From Octopus bimaculoides (taxonomy: Eukaryota): a DNA stretch of 64,000 nucleotides. This document shows positions 1-11,948 of this stretch, piece after piece; position 1 is the stretch's first letter; each line of letters starts with the position of its first letter. The stretch lies in NCBI RefSeq assembly GCF_001194135.2, contig NC_068990.1:408992-472991 (forward strand), read 5' to 3'. The position numbers were made by a program, and so were the translations under genes. The notes beneath the pieces are model-generated. The model was not told the origin of the DNA and searched no databases. It was given only the letters and a program-made list of their open reading frames with translations.

Positions 1-39
1 TATGCAAACACACATATATATACATATATATGCGCATAC

Positions 40-83
<44 letters not shown>

Positions 84-222
84 GCATTCATATATATATA
101 CATATATACTTACACACACACGCACGCACGCACGCACACACACACACATACATACATACATATATATATATGCATGTATGTATATATATATATATATATA
201 TACATATACATACATATATTTT
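1..222. repeat. Compound (CA)n/(TA)n/(CACG)n microsatellite
   Basis: Visible dinucleotide runs. The HT/YI-rich ORFs here are translations of the repeat. Confidence 0.95.
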
Positions 223-536
223 TTTTTATTTTATAGTTTCAGCTTAGAGCTGCGGCCATGCTGATGCTCCGCCGTGTTGCTACACTGTTATTACAGGGAG
301 CCTCTTACAATATGTGGCACTTGGTGAAGAATGGAGTTTGATTTAGCAACCCTCATTTGCACCTCCTGCCGCGAGGTAGGTTCATCTGAGACTCTCGACA
401 GGAAGAGGTCCAGCTTTGATTAAAAAAACCCTACATCTACTTTGTGCAGGTTCCTCAGGCTCTATATATACATACATGACTATGTTTTGCTTTTAATATC
501 ATAAGAAATGAACATCAAAAGGTCCTTACAGAATGA

Positions 537-1795
537 ACATTTTGTAAGTGGTCCTTTGTTGTGAATCACGGCGTCAATTCTGTTGGGCATTGAGAAGCTC
601 AATTTTTCGCACAAATCAGGTGTTATCTCCAGAGTCCAGACTTTTTGATGGCATTTTGCAACTCCCATGGTGATGTTGGATTACGAACTGCTACATTCTG
701 TTTCAGGATGACCGTGCAATGCTCTATTAGGTTGAAATCTGGGAAGTTCCTGGCCGTGGACCCAAGATTTCATACCCAGAATTGCTTAGCCACTGCTTTA
801 CTGCTCTTGTCTGGTGGCATGGGGCCCCATCAGGCTGGAAGTGCGTACACTGCTTGATCTCATTTAATGGTGGGACTTTTGTTTGCAGAATTTCAATGTA
901 ATTAGTTCCCTTGATAGTTGCACTTTCAGGTATAAACCACAATCCGCGTCTTCCACCAGCACAAATACCTCCCCACACCATAACTTTTGGAGCATTTTTA
1001 ACACTTGGGATGATATAGCGAGATTATCCCTTCGCTTAGGGGGTCGTCTCACATGTCTGAAAAATGCATTAAATTGTGACACATGTGTTTAATCCAAAAA
1101 TATAACTCGTTTCCATTGTTCGACTGACCAGTTTTTATATTTTTGGCAAAATGCCAAACAATCAGCAATATTCTTCGAGATTAACTTTGGTTTCTTTGAA
1201 GGTTTGTAGGACTTAAGGCCGACATCAAATTATCTGCTGCAAATTGTCCTTTGGCTAGGAACCTTTTCTTCTTGCGATAGACCAACTTCAATGGCTTCGG
1301 AAGACTTTCTGGGTAACTTTTTGGCGGTTAGGATAATAGCATCGGCCATTCGCTTGGTGGTGGTTTTTGGGCGACTCGTAGGCTTATCAGATCCATATTT
1401 TCCAGTAGATTTTCAGTTGTTTATTGACTTTGAAACAGTTCTCTGTACCAATTTCAATCTTGCGCCAATTTGTCGAGCGTGTATTTTTCTTCGTACAGAA
1501 TTTTTATTTGAGTATAACTTTCCGGCGAAACTTTTCGGCTAGGCATTCTTTACAACGACAGGAAAATGATTAACAAGAACGAATTGTCATAAGATATTTT
1601 AATGGCATCTCATCAGACATTGGATCAGTCAATCAGAGCACATCAACTAATCAGGGCTCAGTAATAAAGCAGAAAACACGTTAACACTGAGTGATAAGAA
1701 AAAAGATTCGAACAATCGACTAGTAATTAAAAATAGCATCACTGGAATGAATTCTTGTTTATAAAACAGTGAGTCATCCATTCTGGCTACGACTG
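537..1795 (-). mobile_element. Decayed Tc1-like (IS630-Tc1-mariner) DNA transposon
   Basis: Minus-strand peptides: MPSRKVSPESY (ATG 1546), WKRVIFLD*, MVWGGI, FQPDGAPCH, SPDFNLIE (after a frameshift), MPNRIDAVIHNKGPLTK. The 5' end reads TA|CAGTCGTAGCCAGAA (ends 1795), like a Tc1 TIR. No matching second TIR was found. Stops and frameshifts are present. Confidence 0.9.
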
Positions 1796-1811
1796 TATAC
1801 ATACATAAATG

Positions 1812-1865
<54 letters not shown>

Positions 1866-1932
1866 CATATATAAGGCGGTGCTCCAGCATGGCCGCAGAC
1901 AAATAACTGAAACAAGTAAAAGAATATATGTA

Positions 1933-1981
<49 letters not shown>

Positions 1982-2156
1982 AATGCATTAAGTACTACAA
2001 AACGTACACATAGGACAGACACATATTATTTAAAGGCTACAATACATGTATTAAATCACTGCTAATAATTTCATATGTTGAGAAACCTCGAACATATTCT
2101 TCAGGCGCAAATCACATATAACGAACCAAAGAAATTGAATAATGCGAATATATATA

Positions 2157-2531
2157 CAGGGTAATTAAAAAGTCTCCATATATAGAAAAAATTAATTTTT
2201 TTTATAAGAGACAGTTTATAAGATCCCCTAGATTCCCTGATCTGACCCCTCTTGATTTCTATCTTTAGGGGTCATTTGAAAGGCACAGTGTATCGCGGAA
2301 AGATAAAAGACATAAGTGATTTGAAGGAACGCATCTCCAACTCCTCTGCACACGTATCAGCAGATGCGGCATCACAAGTTCACAATGAGTTGGCTAAGCG
2401 TGTTGCAATGTGCATTCAAAACAATGGTAACCATATCGAGTCCGTTACAACAAAACAAACTGTTCTTATAAACTGTTTCATATAAGAAAAGATAAATTGT
2501 TCCTATGTATGGCGACTTTTGAATCACCCCG
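2157..2531 (+). mobile_element. Internally deleted mariner-type element (MITE-like, 375 bp)
   Basis: About 68-bp imperfect TIRs (CAGGGTAATTAAAAAGTCTCCATATATAG / CGGGGTGATTCAAAAGTCGCCATACATAG) flanked by TA. The interior encodes only a transposase C-terminus: PRFPDLTPLDFYL-GHLKGTVY...LKERI...CIQNNGNHIE. Confidence 0.9.
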
Positions 2532-2589
2532 TATATATATATTCATACACATGCGTGCGCGCGCGCACTCACACACGCACACGGACACG

Positions 2590-2630
<41 letters not shown>

Positions 2631-2764
2631 ATGTGATTTCATAGGTGGGAAATAAGGTGGAAAAGTAATACTCGAATATCAAAGACAGAGTAAAATGTAG
2701 TGTTTCATTTATTGTCGGCAACATGAAACCCTAAGTAACAAATTATGTAGGTTTTAGCTTCAAT

Positions 2765-2765
2765 A

Positions 2766-2818
<53 letters not shown>

Positions 2819-2834
2819 CCTATCTGTCTATCTG

Positions 2835-2880
<46 letters not shown>

Positions 2881-2900
2881 GATCGATCGATCGATCGATC
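2765..2900. repeat. (TCTA)n tetranucleotide ending in (TCGA/GATC)n
   Basis: Directly visible. Confidence 0.95.
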
Positions 2901-3279
2901 TTATGGCTAAGATCTACTCTTAACAGTTTAATATATATATACATATATACCAGGTCGCTCTTGAGTGCTACTGGTAACATGTAACCTAGTACAACCTGTT
3001 GCATGGTCGGGTCATCGGCGACTAAACTGCCAACACCACCGAACTGGCATGGCGAAGAGGGTGATTGTTGAACAACCTGCGGGACGAAGAATAAAACCCG
3101 TCAAAAGGCAGAGGAATTCGGCAATAGTCAACGGCCATCCAAAAGTATGTGTACAGGTAGATATTGTTTTTATTTTATATTGTTTTCTTTTATTTTATAT
3201 GCTTATATATTTTATTTTGTTTCTATTTTGAGTTTTTTGTTGTTTTTAAATTTTATATATTTAACTAAATATATTAGTG

Positions 3280-6200
3280 GGGACATGGGGCTCTTTAACC
3301 ATGGGGAAGGCGTCCCATCTAGGAGAGGGAAACTCTGATATAAAACCAGGTCTTTGGTTGCTGAGGGTCTCCTTAACGGAGCTGTACTATCAGCAAACTC
3401 TGACTCACAGAGTAGACTAGTTTCTTCAGCTTGTTTATAGCGGCTTGTTTAGGAGATGGAAACCTCTGGAGAAAAAGCCTGAGGTGTGTTGTTCTTGGTA
3501 TTGTGGCATATATGTGTACCATATTCTTGCTTTCATCACTTCCAAAAATTATGGCTGGTTCTACACAAACCTTCAACACTTAAATCAAATCATATGTGTA
3601 GATTTTTTGATGACTCACATTTGTTCATTCACTGCCGCACAGTTCCATCTTGCAAAAACAAAAAAGTCCTCTGGCGAGAGAGCGAAAGCAGCAGAGACGG
3701 GTAAAGGACATTACTGGAAGTCTCTTGCTGGATCTCTGCACAGTCGGTGACCATTGGGTGGTGGCTGTTCTAGAACAGAACTTGTGAGTAACTGTGCTCC
3801 AGTCCGGGTCCTCCTGTGTTGACAAAGCAGGTTTATTTAGATACAGCGCTGCTTTCCTCAACAGGAGAAGAGGCGAGAAAAGGAGCCCTAAACATTGCTT
3901 ACTCATTTTAAACTTGGCAGCCCGCTGCAGCTGTCTGCTTATTCAGTAACGCAGTCGAAACATGAAGAAATCTAAGAATATTAACCTTGGTTCTTGGAAT
4001 GTGTGCCCTCTCCAAGACAATCATTCAGCACCAGAACGAAGAACAGCACTGGTTGCCATTTAACTAAAAAAAAAAATACAACACTGACATTATCGCGTTC
4101 AGTGAAACTCGTCTTGCAGGATCATCAAAGAAAAAGTGGACACGCATTTTTCTGGTCTTAAAGAAATGAGGACGAGCTGCGCCACTCTGGTGTTGGTTTC
4201 GCCATCAAAGCAGAAATAGCTAGACCCCTTCTTTCACTACCCAGAGGTATTTCTGATCGCATCATGACACTGACGTTGGAACTTGATCATAACACACGTG
4301 CTACGCGTTGCAGTTGCGATGCTCCAACCATGGTCAGCGCTGAGCAGGAAAAGAATGACGTTCACAACTAACTCCGGGATGTCATCTCCAGTTGTCACCA
4401 TAGGGATAAACTTATTCTTATGGGCGACTTTAACGCTCGTATTGGTACTGACTATCAGACACGGGAGGGTGTACTTGGTCGCCATGGTGTTGGTCGAATG
4501 AAATCAAGTAGTCTGCGTGTGCTCTTCATCTGCAGGGAATTCAGTCTAAGCATCACAAATACCTTTTTCCAACAGCGAAATTGTTGCGAGACGACCTGGA
4601 TGTATCCTAGATCTAAGTATTGGCATCTCAAAGACTATGTTATCACTAAAAAGTGAGATATTAGGGACTTTAACATTACACGTTCCTTTCGTAACATCTC
4701 CTGTTTCTCTGACCATTCTCCTCTTCGTAGTAAGGCTACGATATCCATCTGAAACACACAAGACTACAAAAAGTCATCAGTGCATAAGCGCATTAATGTT
4801 CTACCTTTAAAAACCGCTGAAAAGCAGGCTGGGCTTTCTATCGAGCTCGACACTACACTCAACACTATTGATATCAGTGATGACATTGAATCATCCTGGA
4901 AGGCTCTGCGTGATGCATCCGTATAAGTTCTCGGACTTCCTGTTCGTAAACGTCAAGATTGATTCAGTGATAACAGCGCCGATGTCCATCAATTGATAGA
5001 TAAAATGCACAGCTCTTATAAAACGTAGAGCGATGATAAGAGCTTATCCTGAAAAGAGAATGCTTATAAATGAAGAGGCCAAGCCCAACATGCACTGGAA
5101 CAGATGAAGAAGGCTTGGAGATCTGACAAATCTGACATCCTGAAACTATGGAAAGACCGCTTTGAAGCCGTGTTGAACTTCACTTTAGTCATTAATGATG
5201 ACAACATAATGTCTATTCCACAGCACTCTGAAATACCGGAATAGTCTCCGAAGTCAACATTCCTAGAAGTGGTAAATTTCATTAAACAGATCTCTTCTGG
5301 TAAAGCACCTGACAGGGATGCTATCCCACCTGAAATCTGCAAGCATGGTGGACAGAAGCTTTTCAAGAAATTGCATGACCTCTTCATAAGTAGTTGGAAG
5401 ATAGGCCGTGTACCACAGGACTTTAAAGATGCCTCAATTCAACATCTTTATAAGAACAAAGGAAAAAGAAGTGATATAACCATTGTGGGATATCATTTTT
5501 GTCTATTACTGGTAAGATTCTTACTCGACACGTTCTTGACAGGATCATCAAACACGTCGTAAATGACATCTATTTAGAATCACAGTGCGGACTTTGCTCT
5601 GGTCGTGGCACTATCGATATGATCTTTTCCATTTGTCAGTTCATGAATAAGGTACATGAGAAAAATCAAGGTTTGTTCATTGACCTTACTAAGGCCTTCG
5701 TTGACCTTACTTAAGTGTTCGTTGACCTTACTAAGGCCTCCGACACTGTCAACCGGCAAGAACTTTGAAAAGTTCTGAAAAAACTCGGTATACCTGACAA
5801 GATGTTGAATGTTATCATCTCCTTTCATGAGGGAATGAAGGCTGCTCTCGTGTCCGGCGGGGTATCTTCGGCTTCTTTCGATGTTACAAACAGCACAAAG
5901 CAAGGTTGTGTTATGGCCCCTGCTTTGTTTGCACTCTTCTTTCCAGTGATGCTGATGGTATGCTTTTGATGACATACAAAGTGGTGTCAAATTCCAGTTT
6001 CGAATATGTGGTGGACTATTTAATCATCAGCGTTTCAAAGCCAAAACACTACTACCGGTATCATTCGTGATCTGCCTTTTTGCAGATGATGCTGCACTAG
6101 TAGCGACCTCCTTAGGGGAAGCTCAGGAACTTCTAGACCGGTTTTCTGCTGCATGTAAGGCCTTTAGCCTGACCATCAGCATAAAGAAGACGGAAGTTAT

Positions 6201-7029
6201 CCACCAACTTTGCCCTACTCCTTAGCAAATTCGAGGTGTCAAGCTGAGGCCACCGGTTCATGATTTCCCTGACGCTCCTATACATATCGATGGGAAAAAC
6301 CTAAAGTATATGAAGCCATTTACACATCTTGGAAGTAAAGTGAATTCGAGCAATTCCTTTGATAATGAAATCGCCAACCGTCTTGCAAAAGCAACCAACG
6401 CTTTTGGCAAACTCCGTCATCGCCTACGAAATGAAAGGGGCATTAAACTTGATACCAAAGAAGTTTGTCTCAGGACAATCTACAGTTATTCACTAAAAGA
6501 CAGAGTTTCTAATGCCGACCCGTTTAGCAAGTGTAATATTGACGGAATTGAGAACTTCCTTTTTGAGAGCAATTGTGCTGGGCTGGTCATGACGTCAGAA
6601 TGAGTGACGAAAGAAGACCCAAAGTCCTCATGTACAGCCAGCTTGATAGTGGGCACAGGAATGTTGGTCGACCATGCTCAGATATAAGGACAAACTGAAG
6701 AGTAGCCTCTCAGCAGTCAATATAACTCACAACACCTTTGAACAAACAGCCTTGGAGCGAAAAAAATGGAGATCGTTGAGTCAAAATGGTATAAGAAAGT
6801 TTGTTGCAACCAGCATTAACAGGCTTCGGGGTGCAAGGCAACGAAGAAAAGCAGCTGCAAATATATCTCTACCACCTGAACTGACCTGTAATCCTCGTAC
6901 TTGCAACATCTGTGGGTTTCTTTGCTAATCGTTGGCGGGACTTTAATGTCACATTCGACATAAGCATTGCGACTGACAAAGAAAGACTAAGTTGTCAGAT
7001 CCTCATACGGCGAAACTGACGGGAAAGTC

Positions 7030-7068
<39 letters not shown>
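3280..7068 (+). mobile_element. Near full-length decayed RTE-clade (BovB-like) LINE; relic ORF 3962-6976 with APE endonuclease and RT; (CA)n tail
   Basis: Endonuclease motifs: LGSWNV, PERRTALVA, FSETRL, SGVGFAIK, LMGDFNARIG, TWMYPRSKYWHLKDYV, SDH. RT motifs: PQDFKDASIQHLYKNKG, FVDLTKA, KQGCVMAPALF, FADDAALVA, FTHLGS. A C-terminal CxxC...H-x-R-H finger follows. An RTE-type 5' motif CTAGGAGAGGGAAACTCTGATATAAAACC lies at ~3318. Many stops and frameshifts. The 5' end may extend to ~2951. Confidence 0.92.
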
Positions 7069-7069
<1 letters not shown>

Positions 7070-7216
7070 TACGTTCAAAAATTATTTGGAAGTACAAACG
7101 GAAAATCCACGCATAAAAAATGTCACTAAATCCTCATCAGTTGTCTACAGGATCATAATTTCGTGTCTTTGAACATATTATCTGATGTGAAACGCGCATG
7201 TTCCTATTTTGTAACC

Positions 7217-7265
<49 letters not shown>

Positions 7266-7757
7266 ATTTATCGTTGTGGCATTCCAGCTAACACGTGCCT
7301 TTTATTACGTATGGAAGTAATGAAATTGTTTTCGGTATGTAGAATAGTATGTCGCACTGTTCTGTTAATGACAGCCAGTCTTAGAATAATCTGCAACTCA
7401 TGCATGAAGTCTAGAAGCTTTTTATTGTTCTTCTTTTTTATACTTATTTATTTATTCATTTATTTTGTTCGCAATGGGTACCAAAAGGATTGCGAAACTG
7501 CAAGAGCTGCCGCCCGCCAGAATATCTTAGCTCTGAGTTCTAAGAGCGTTGTTTGTGCCACCACTGACTGCGCGAATGTTTTATGTGTATGTGTGTATGC
7601 GTGTATGTGTGTGTGTGTGTGTGTGCGTGTGTGTGCCATAGGTCCTCAAGTTCTAATGATATTGTGGGAGCATTGCTGTGATATACGGCGTACCTCGGAC
7701 TTTTTTAGAGTAAGTGCGGCCCATCCCCTCCTGCTTCGACCGTAAAAGATTTCTTCC

Positions 7758-7793
<36 letters not shown>

Positions 7794-8035
7794 GGGGGTG
7801 GGGTGGGGGGGAGAGCGAATAGATGCCAGTACAGAGCTGGTAGTTTATTTATCGACTCTGAAAAGATGAAAAGTAAAGTTGAGCTCGCAAGAATTTGAAC
7901 CCAGAGAAAAGGGAGCCAGACCGATTACCACAAAGCGATATATACAACGTCTAATGATTCTACCAACTGGGTGCTTTATATGTTTGTGTTTGTTTGTTTG
8001 TTTGTTTTTTTGTGTGTACATTTGAATTTAAAAGT

Positions 8036-8372
8036 GGGACGAAATCTTTACGTTCTGAACTCAAATTCCGTCGAGGTCGACTTTGTTTTTCATCCTTTAG
8101 GCGTCGATAAATTAAACACCAGTAAAGCACTGGGGTCGATGAGATCGACTTAACAGTCACCCCTCCCCAAACCAGAAATTGCTGGCCCTGTACCAAAATG
8201 TGAAACCAGTATTTGTTGTTGTTGAGGCGGTGAACTGGTAGACTCGTTATCACGCCGGGGAAAATGCTTAGCGGTATTTCGTCCGTCTTTATGTTCTGAG
8301 TTCAAATTCCGTTGAGGTCGACTTTGCCTTTCATCCAATTGCTGGCCTTATACCAAAATTTGAAATCAATAT
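8036..8372 (+). mobile_element. Two tandem copies of SINE family A (tRNA-like head; GTCGACTTTGCCTTTCATCC...GGGGTCGAT core); second copy internally deleted
   Basis: The same motif recurs many times in the window (e.g. 9005-9201, 19650-19825, 24533-24745). The core resembles Deu/Nin-domain SINE cores (recalled, not verified). Confidence 0.8.
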
Positions 8373-8922
8373 TTGTAGTCGTTTATTAAATCGAAGCTGA
8401 GGCTTCTCTTCGTTGCTACTCCGATTTTCTTCAGTTTAACAGTCTTTCGCAGCCTTTGAAATTCCTACTAATAATCTCAAAGATGAAAACCATATCTAAA
8501 AATCTCCATTCCAGTTTCATCTGTTTTGATTAAAAATTAACTTGCTTCTATTTTAAAATCTAATGCAAGAAATAATAGCACCTGATCTTAGTTAACTATT
8601 TCAAAACTACTTCCTTTCCATCCATCAGAATCCATACATAAGTACGTACATTCATATATGTGCGTATAAAAATGGATGGGTAACCACCCGGAGACTCGAG
8701 TCAGTGTGTATAACATAAGGCTAGAAATGGGAGCGATGACCACCTCTCGCAAATACTAATCGGACACAGAATGTGTGTCGTTAGCCAGCTGGAAGAGATG
8801 CCTTCCTGGGGCTGTAAACGTCAGTAGCACTGTCCCGTATAAGAGGCCACACTTGGTTGGCAATAACATGTTACGATTCTGTTTTGTTACTGTTTATATC
8901 TTGCCCAGAGATTTAATATAAG

Positions 8923-8995
<73 letters not shown>

Positions 8996-9004
8996 TATAT
9001 GCTA

Positions 9005-9201
9005 TAGGCACAAAGCGTGAAACTTTACGGGAGGGTGGTAGTCAATTACATCGACCTCAGCAGTGTTCAACTGGCACTTGTTTTATCGACCCCGAAATGA
9101 TGAGAGGCAAAGTCCACCTCGGCGGAATTTGAACGTAATGACAGACAGAATGCCTCTAAGCATTTCATCCAGCATTTTAAAGATTCTGCCTGCTCGCTGC
9201 C
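9005..9201 (-). mobile_element. SINE family A copy
   Basis: Reverse complement of the 8226-8372 family. Confidence 0.8.
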
Positions 9202-10986
9202 CTACATACATAACAATTATTACACACTATCACTGTTCCTGAAAAAAAGAGTTATGGGTTTGCCATATATATATATTATGGGTTCGCCATATATATATAT
9301 ATATATATACATATATCGTGAACTCTCTTGTCTTAAACCACAGGAGAGTTTACAATTGTAGACGAATTATGAGAGTTGCTCAATTTATTCGTGGACAGAT
9401 GATTTTTTTGGAGCGACCAAATGTTTGTGCTGCACACGGGCTCACTCCCGTCAACAAATCGACGTTGCTTGTACACGATGTGTCTCACGTCAGATGTCAA
9501 AGTGAGTCACGTAGAAGCAACGTGAAATGAAGTGTTTCGACCAAGAACACAATGCACAGAGCAGTCAAGGAATCGCAAAAACGATCTTATGATCGTGAGT
9601 GCAACACCCTAACCACTTGGCCACGCACACATGGTAGGAAAGACCGTTCCCTTGAGCTTTTTCAAGGCTTCCGTAACTGGTTAGAAGGAAGAAGAGAATT
9701 AGCCACGAACTGTCGACCTGGCTGCGATGCTTGCACCAGAGTGAACTCGCGTGCCTTTAGCGAAAAAGTCCACACAGTATAGTGGTAATAAAACGGACGA
9801 TGGGTTATTTCTACCACCGTAGTTAACCTACAAATGGATCTGGATTTGAACTAGGAATGTAAAAATACCATGGGGCAACCCGTCTGACGCCTACAATTTC
9901 GCCAATGCACCGCTTTAAGCAGTTAATTTATTTATCGACTTCAGAAGGAAGGCAAAGTTGAAATCAGCGTGTTTTAAATTCACAATGCAAGGAGCTGGAA
10001 TAAAAAGCGTGAAACATTTCGTCCGACGCAGTAAAGTTTATGCCAATTCGATACCCAGTCGAACAGCCTTATGACACGAAATATTCCAGCCATGACCATC
10101 TTGTCTTTGTATATCTAGGAATACATTGTGGAATGTGTCCTTCGTCACTATCTTCGCAATTTTTCCCTAAAGACGGTAGGCGTAATTTGATTAAGACTTC
10201 GTTGCTATTTCTAGCAGTTGAAGTCACAGAATACACAGAGGCTCATTTTGAATAGTGTAGTTTGAGTATGTGCCACCCGGGGCCGGCTCATAAGCCTATA
10301 CAGATTTATGCAGCAGACCCAAAAGTGTCTCCCTCACTAAAGCGTCGGCCAAGGTAGACCGAGGCTTCCCGCTCCTATCGCCCCTCCATCCCCTCGCCTG
10401 TCTCCCCTCGCGCTGCACCCCCTCTCTCTCTTACCCATCGCCTCTTCTATCGCTCCTATAGTGAGATTCACTACATTATTTGACACTTCTGAAGGTAATA
10501 AAACCAAGCAAATTGGGTGTGCTACTAACTATGTAGTAATATATACGCAATGGTAGGGCTTCACATATATATTTAATACACGGAATGTTCACGCACCCCA
10601 CTTAGGCATTTTTCTCGAGATATATTAATACATAACACTATTTCTGTCGTTCACATATCCTATGATATTTTACGAACCCAGTATAGTGACTGCTTAAACA
10701 TGTATTTAGATACAATTATAATTTTGCGGACTATTCAGCTCATCTTTGTCAATATACATATACGTACAATATATTTTTATGCTTTTATCTTTTACTTGTT
10801 TTAATCATTAGACTGCGGCCACGCTAGTATGCCCGCCTTGAAGAAACTTAGTCAAATAAATCAACCTTAGGGCATGTATTTTTTTTTAAGACTGCCACTT
10901 ATTCTATCGGTATCTTTTATCGAACCACCGCTAAGTTACGGAGATACAAACACACCAGCATCAGTCATCAAACGGTGGTGCGGGAC

Positions 10987-11532
10987 GTGAATTTTTTTTC
11001 TCCACGAGAGTTCCGGACCCCAGAAATGAACTCATTTATATAGAGCCAATCAGAGCTCACCTTGATCTTGTTGTCAAGTTAACAAACACACTCTACCAAG
11101 TAAACTCAAGACTAAGAACGGTGCTGTAAGTCGACCGATCGCGAAGTTACGCCTGATTTTAGAAGGAGACAAGTAATTAGAGAGATTTGCATCTATACCT
11201 ATTATTGGATTTTGTTTGGGCCCCATATGGCAAAGATGTGGATGGGGAAAATGTTGGTAGAGGGTGATGTGCTAGAAACCCTCCCCGCTTATTGTTTTAC
11301 AAAGTAAACAACAACACAAATAACTACGCAGCGGCAGCCATGGTTGAAACTAGAACAACAAGTATTATTAAAAGAGAAAAAGAAGAATGGTCATTCCTTA
11401 CCCAAGGGACCTTATCTTATCACCCATCACTTGTTATGCGCTCATAAATTAGTTTGATAGCTGAGCTCTGATTGGCTGTATGCATATGAGTTCATAACTG
11501 TGGTCCGGAACTCTCGTGGGAAAAAATTTCGC
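10987..11532. mobile_element. MITE with ~70-bp TIRs and 9-bp TSD (Mutator-like by TSD length)
   Basis: The left arm TTTTTCTCCACGAGAGTTCCGGACCCCAGAAATGAACTCAT...AGCCAATCAGAGCTCA matches the reverse complement of 11462-11532. Flanks are GTGCGGGAC (10978-10986) and GTGCTGGAC (11533-11541). Removing the element restores the host SINE sequence. Confidence 0.85.
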
Positions 11533-11647
11533 GTGCTGGACAAACGCATACACACATCCACATATATACACACACTAATACATACATGCATACATATACA
11601 TACATACATACATACATACATACAATCATATATATATATATATATAT

Positions 11648-11948
11648 TACTATAGCCTCGGGCTGACCAAAGCCTTATGAGTGGATTTGGTAGACGGAAA
11701 CTGAAAGAAGACCGTCGTATATATATGTATATGTTTGTGTGTCTGTGTTTGTCCCCCCACCATCGCTTGACAACTGATGTTGGTGTGTTTACGTCCCCGT
11801 AACTTAGCGGTTCGACAAAAGAGGCCGATAGAATAAGTACTAGGCTTACAAAGAATAAGTCCTGGGGTCGATTTCTCCGACTAAAGTCTAAAGGCGGTGC
11901 TCCAGCGTGGCCGCAGTCAAATGCCTGAAACAAATAAAAGAATAAAAG
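11648..11948 (+). mobile_element. SINE family C copy (5'-truncated, CpG-rich)
   Basis: TACTATAGCCTCGGGCTGACCAAAGCC...AAGGCGGTGCTCCAGCGTGGCCGCAGTCAAATG. Confidence 0.9.

Noticed and set aside
2-264. HT/YI/CV/RE-rich ORFs here and throughout the window
   Set aside because: They are translations of dinucleotide microsatellites.
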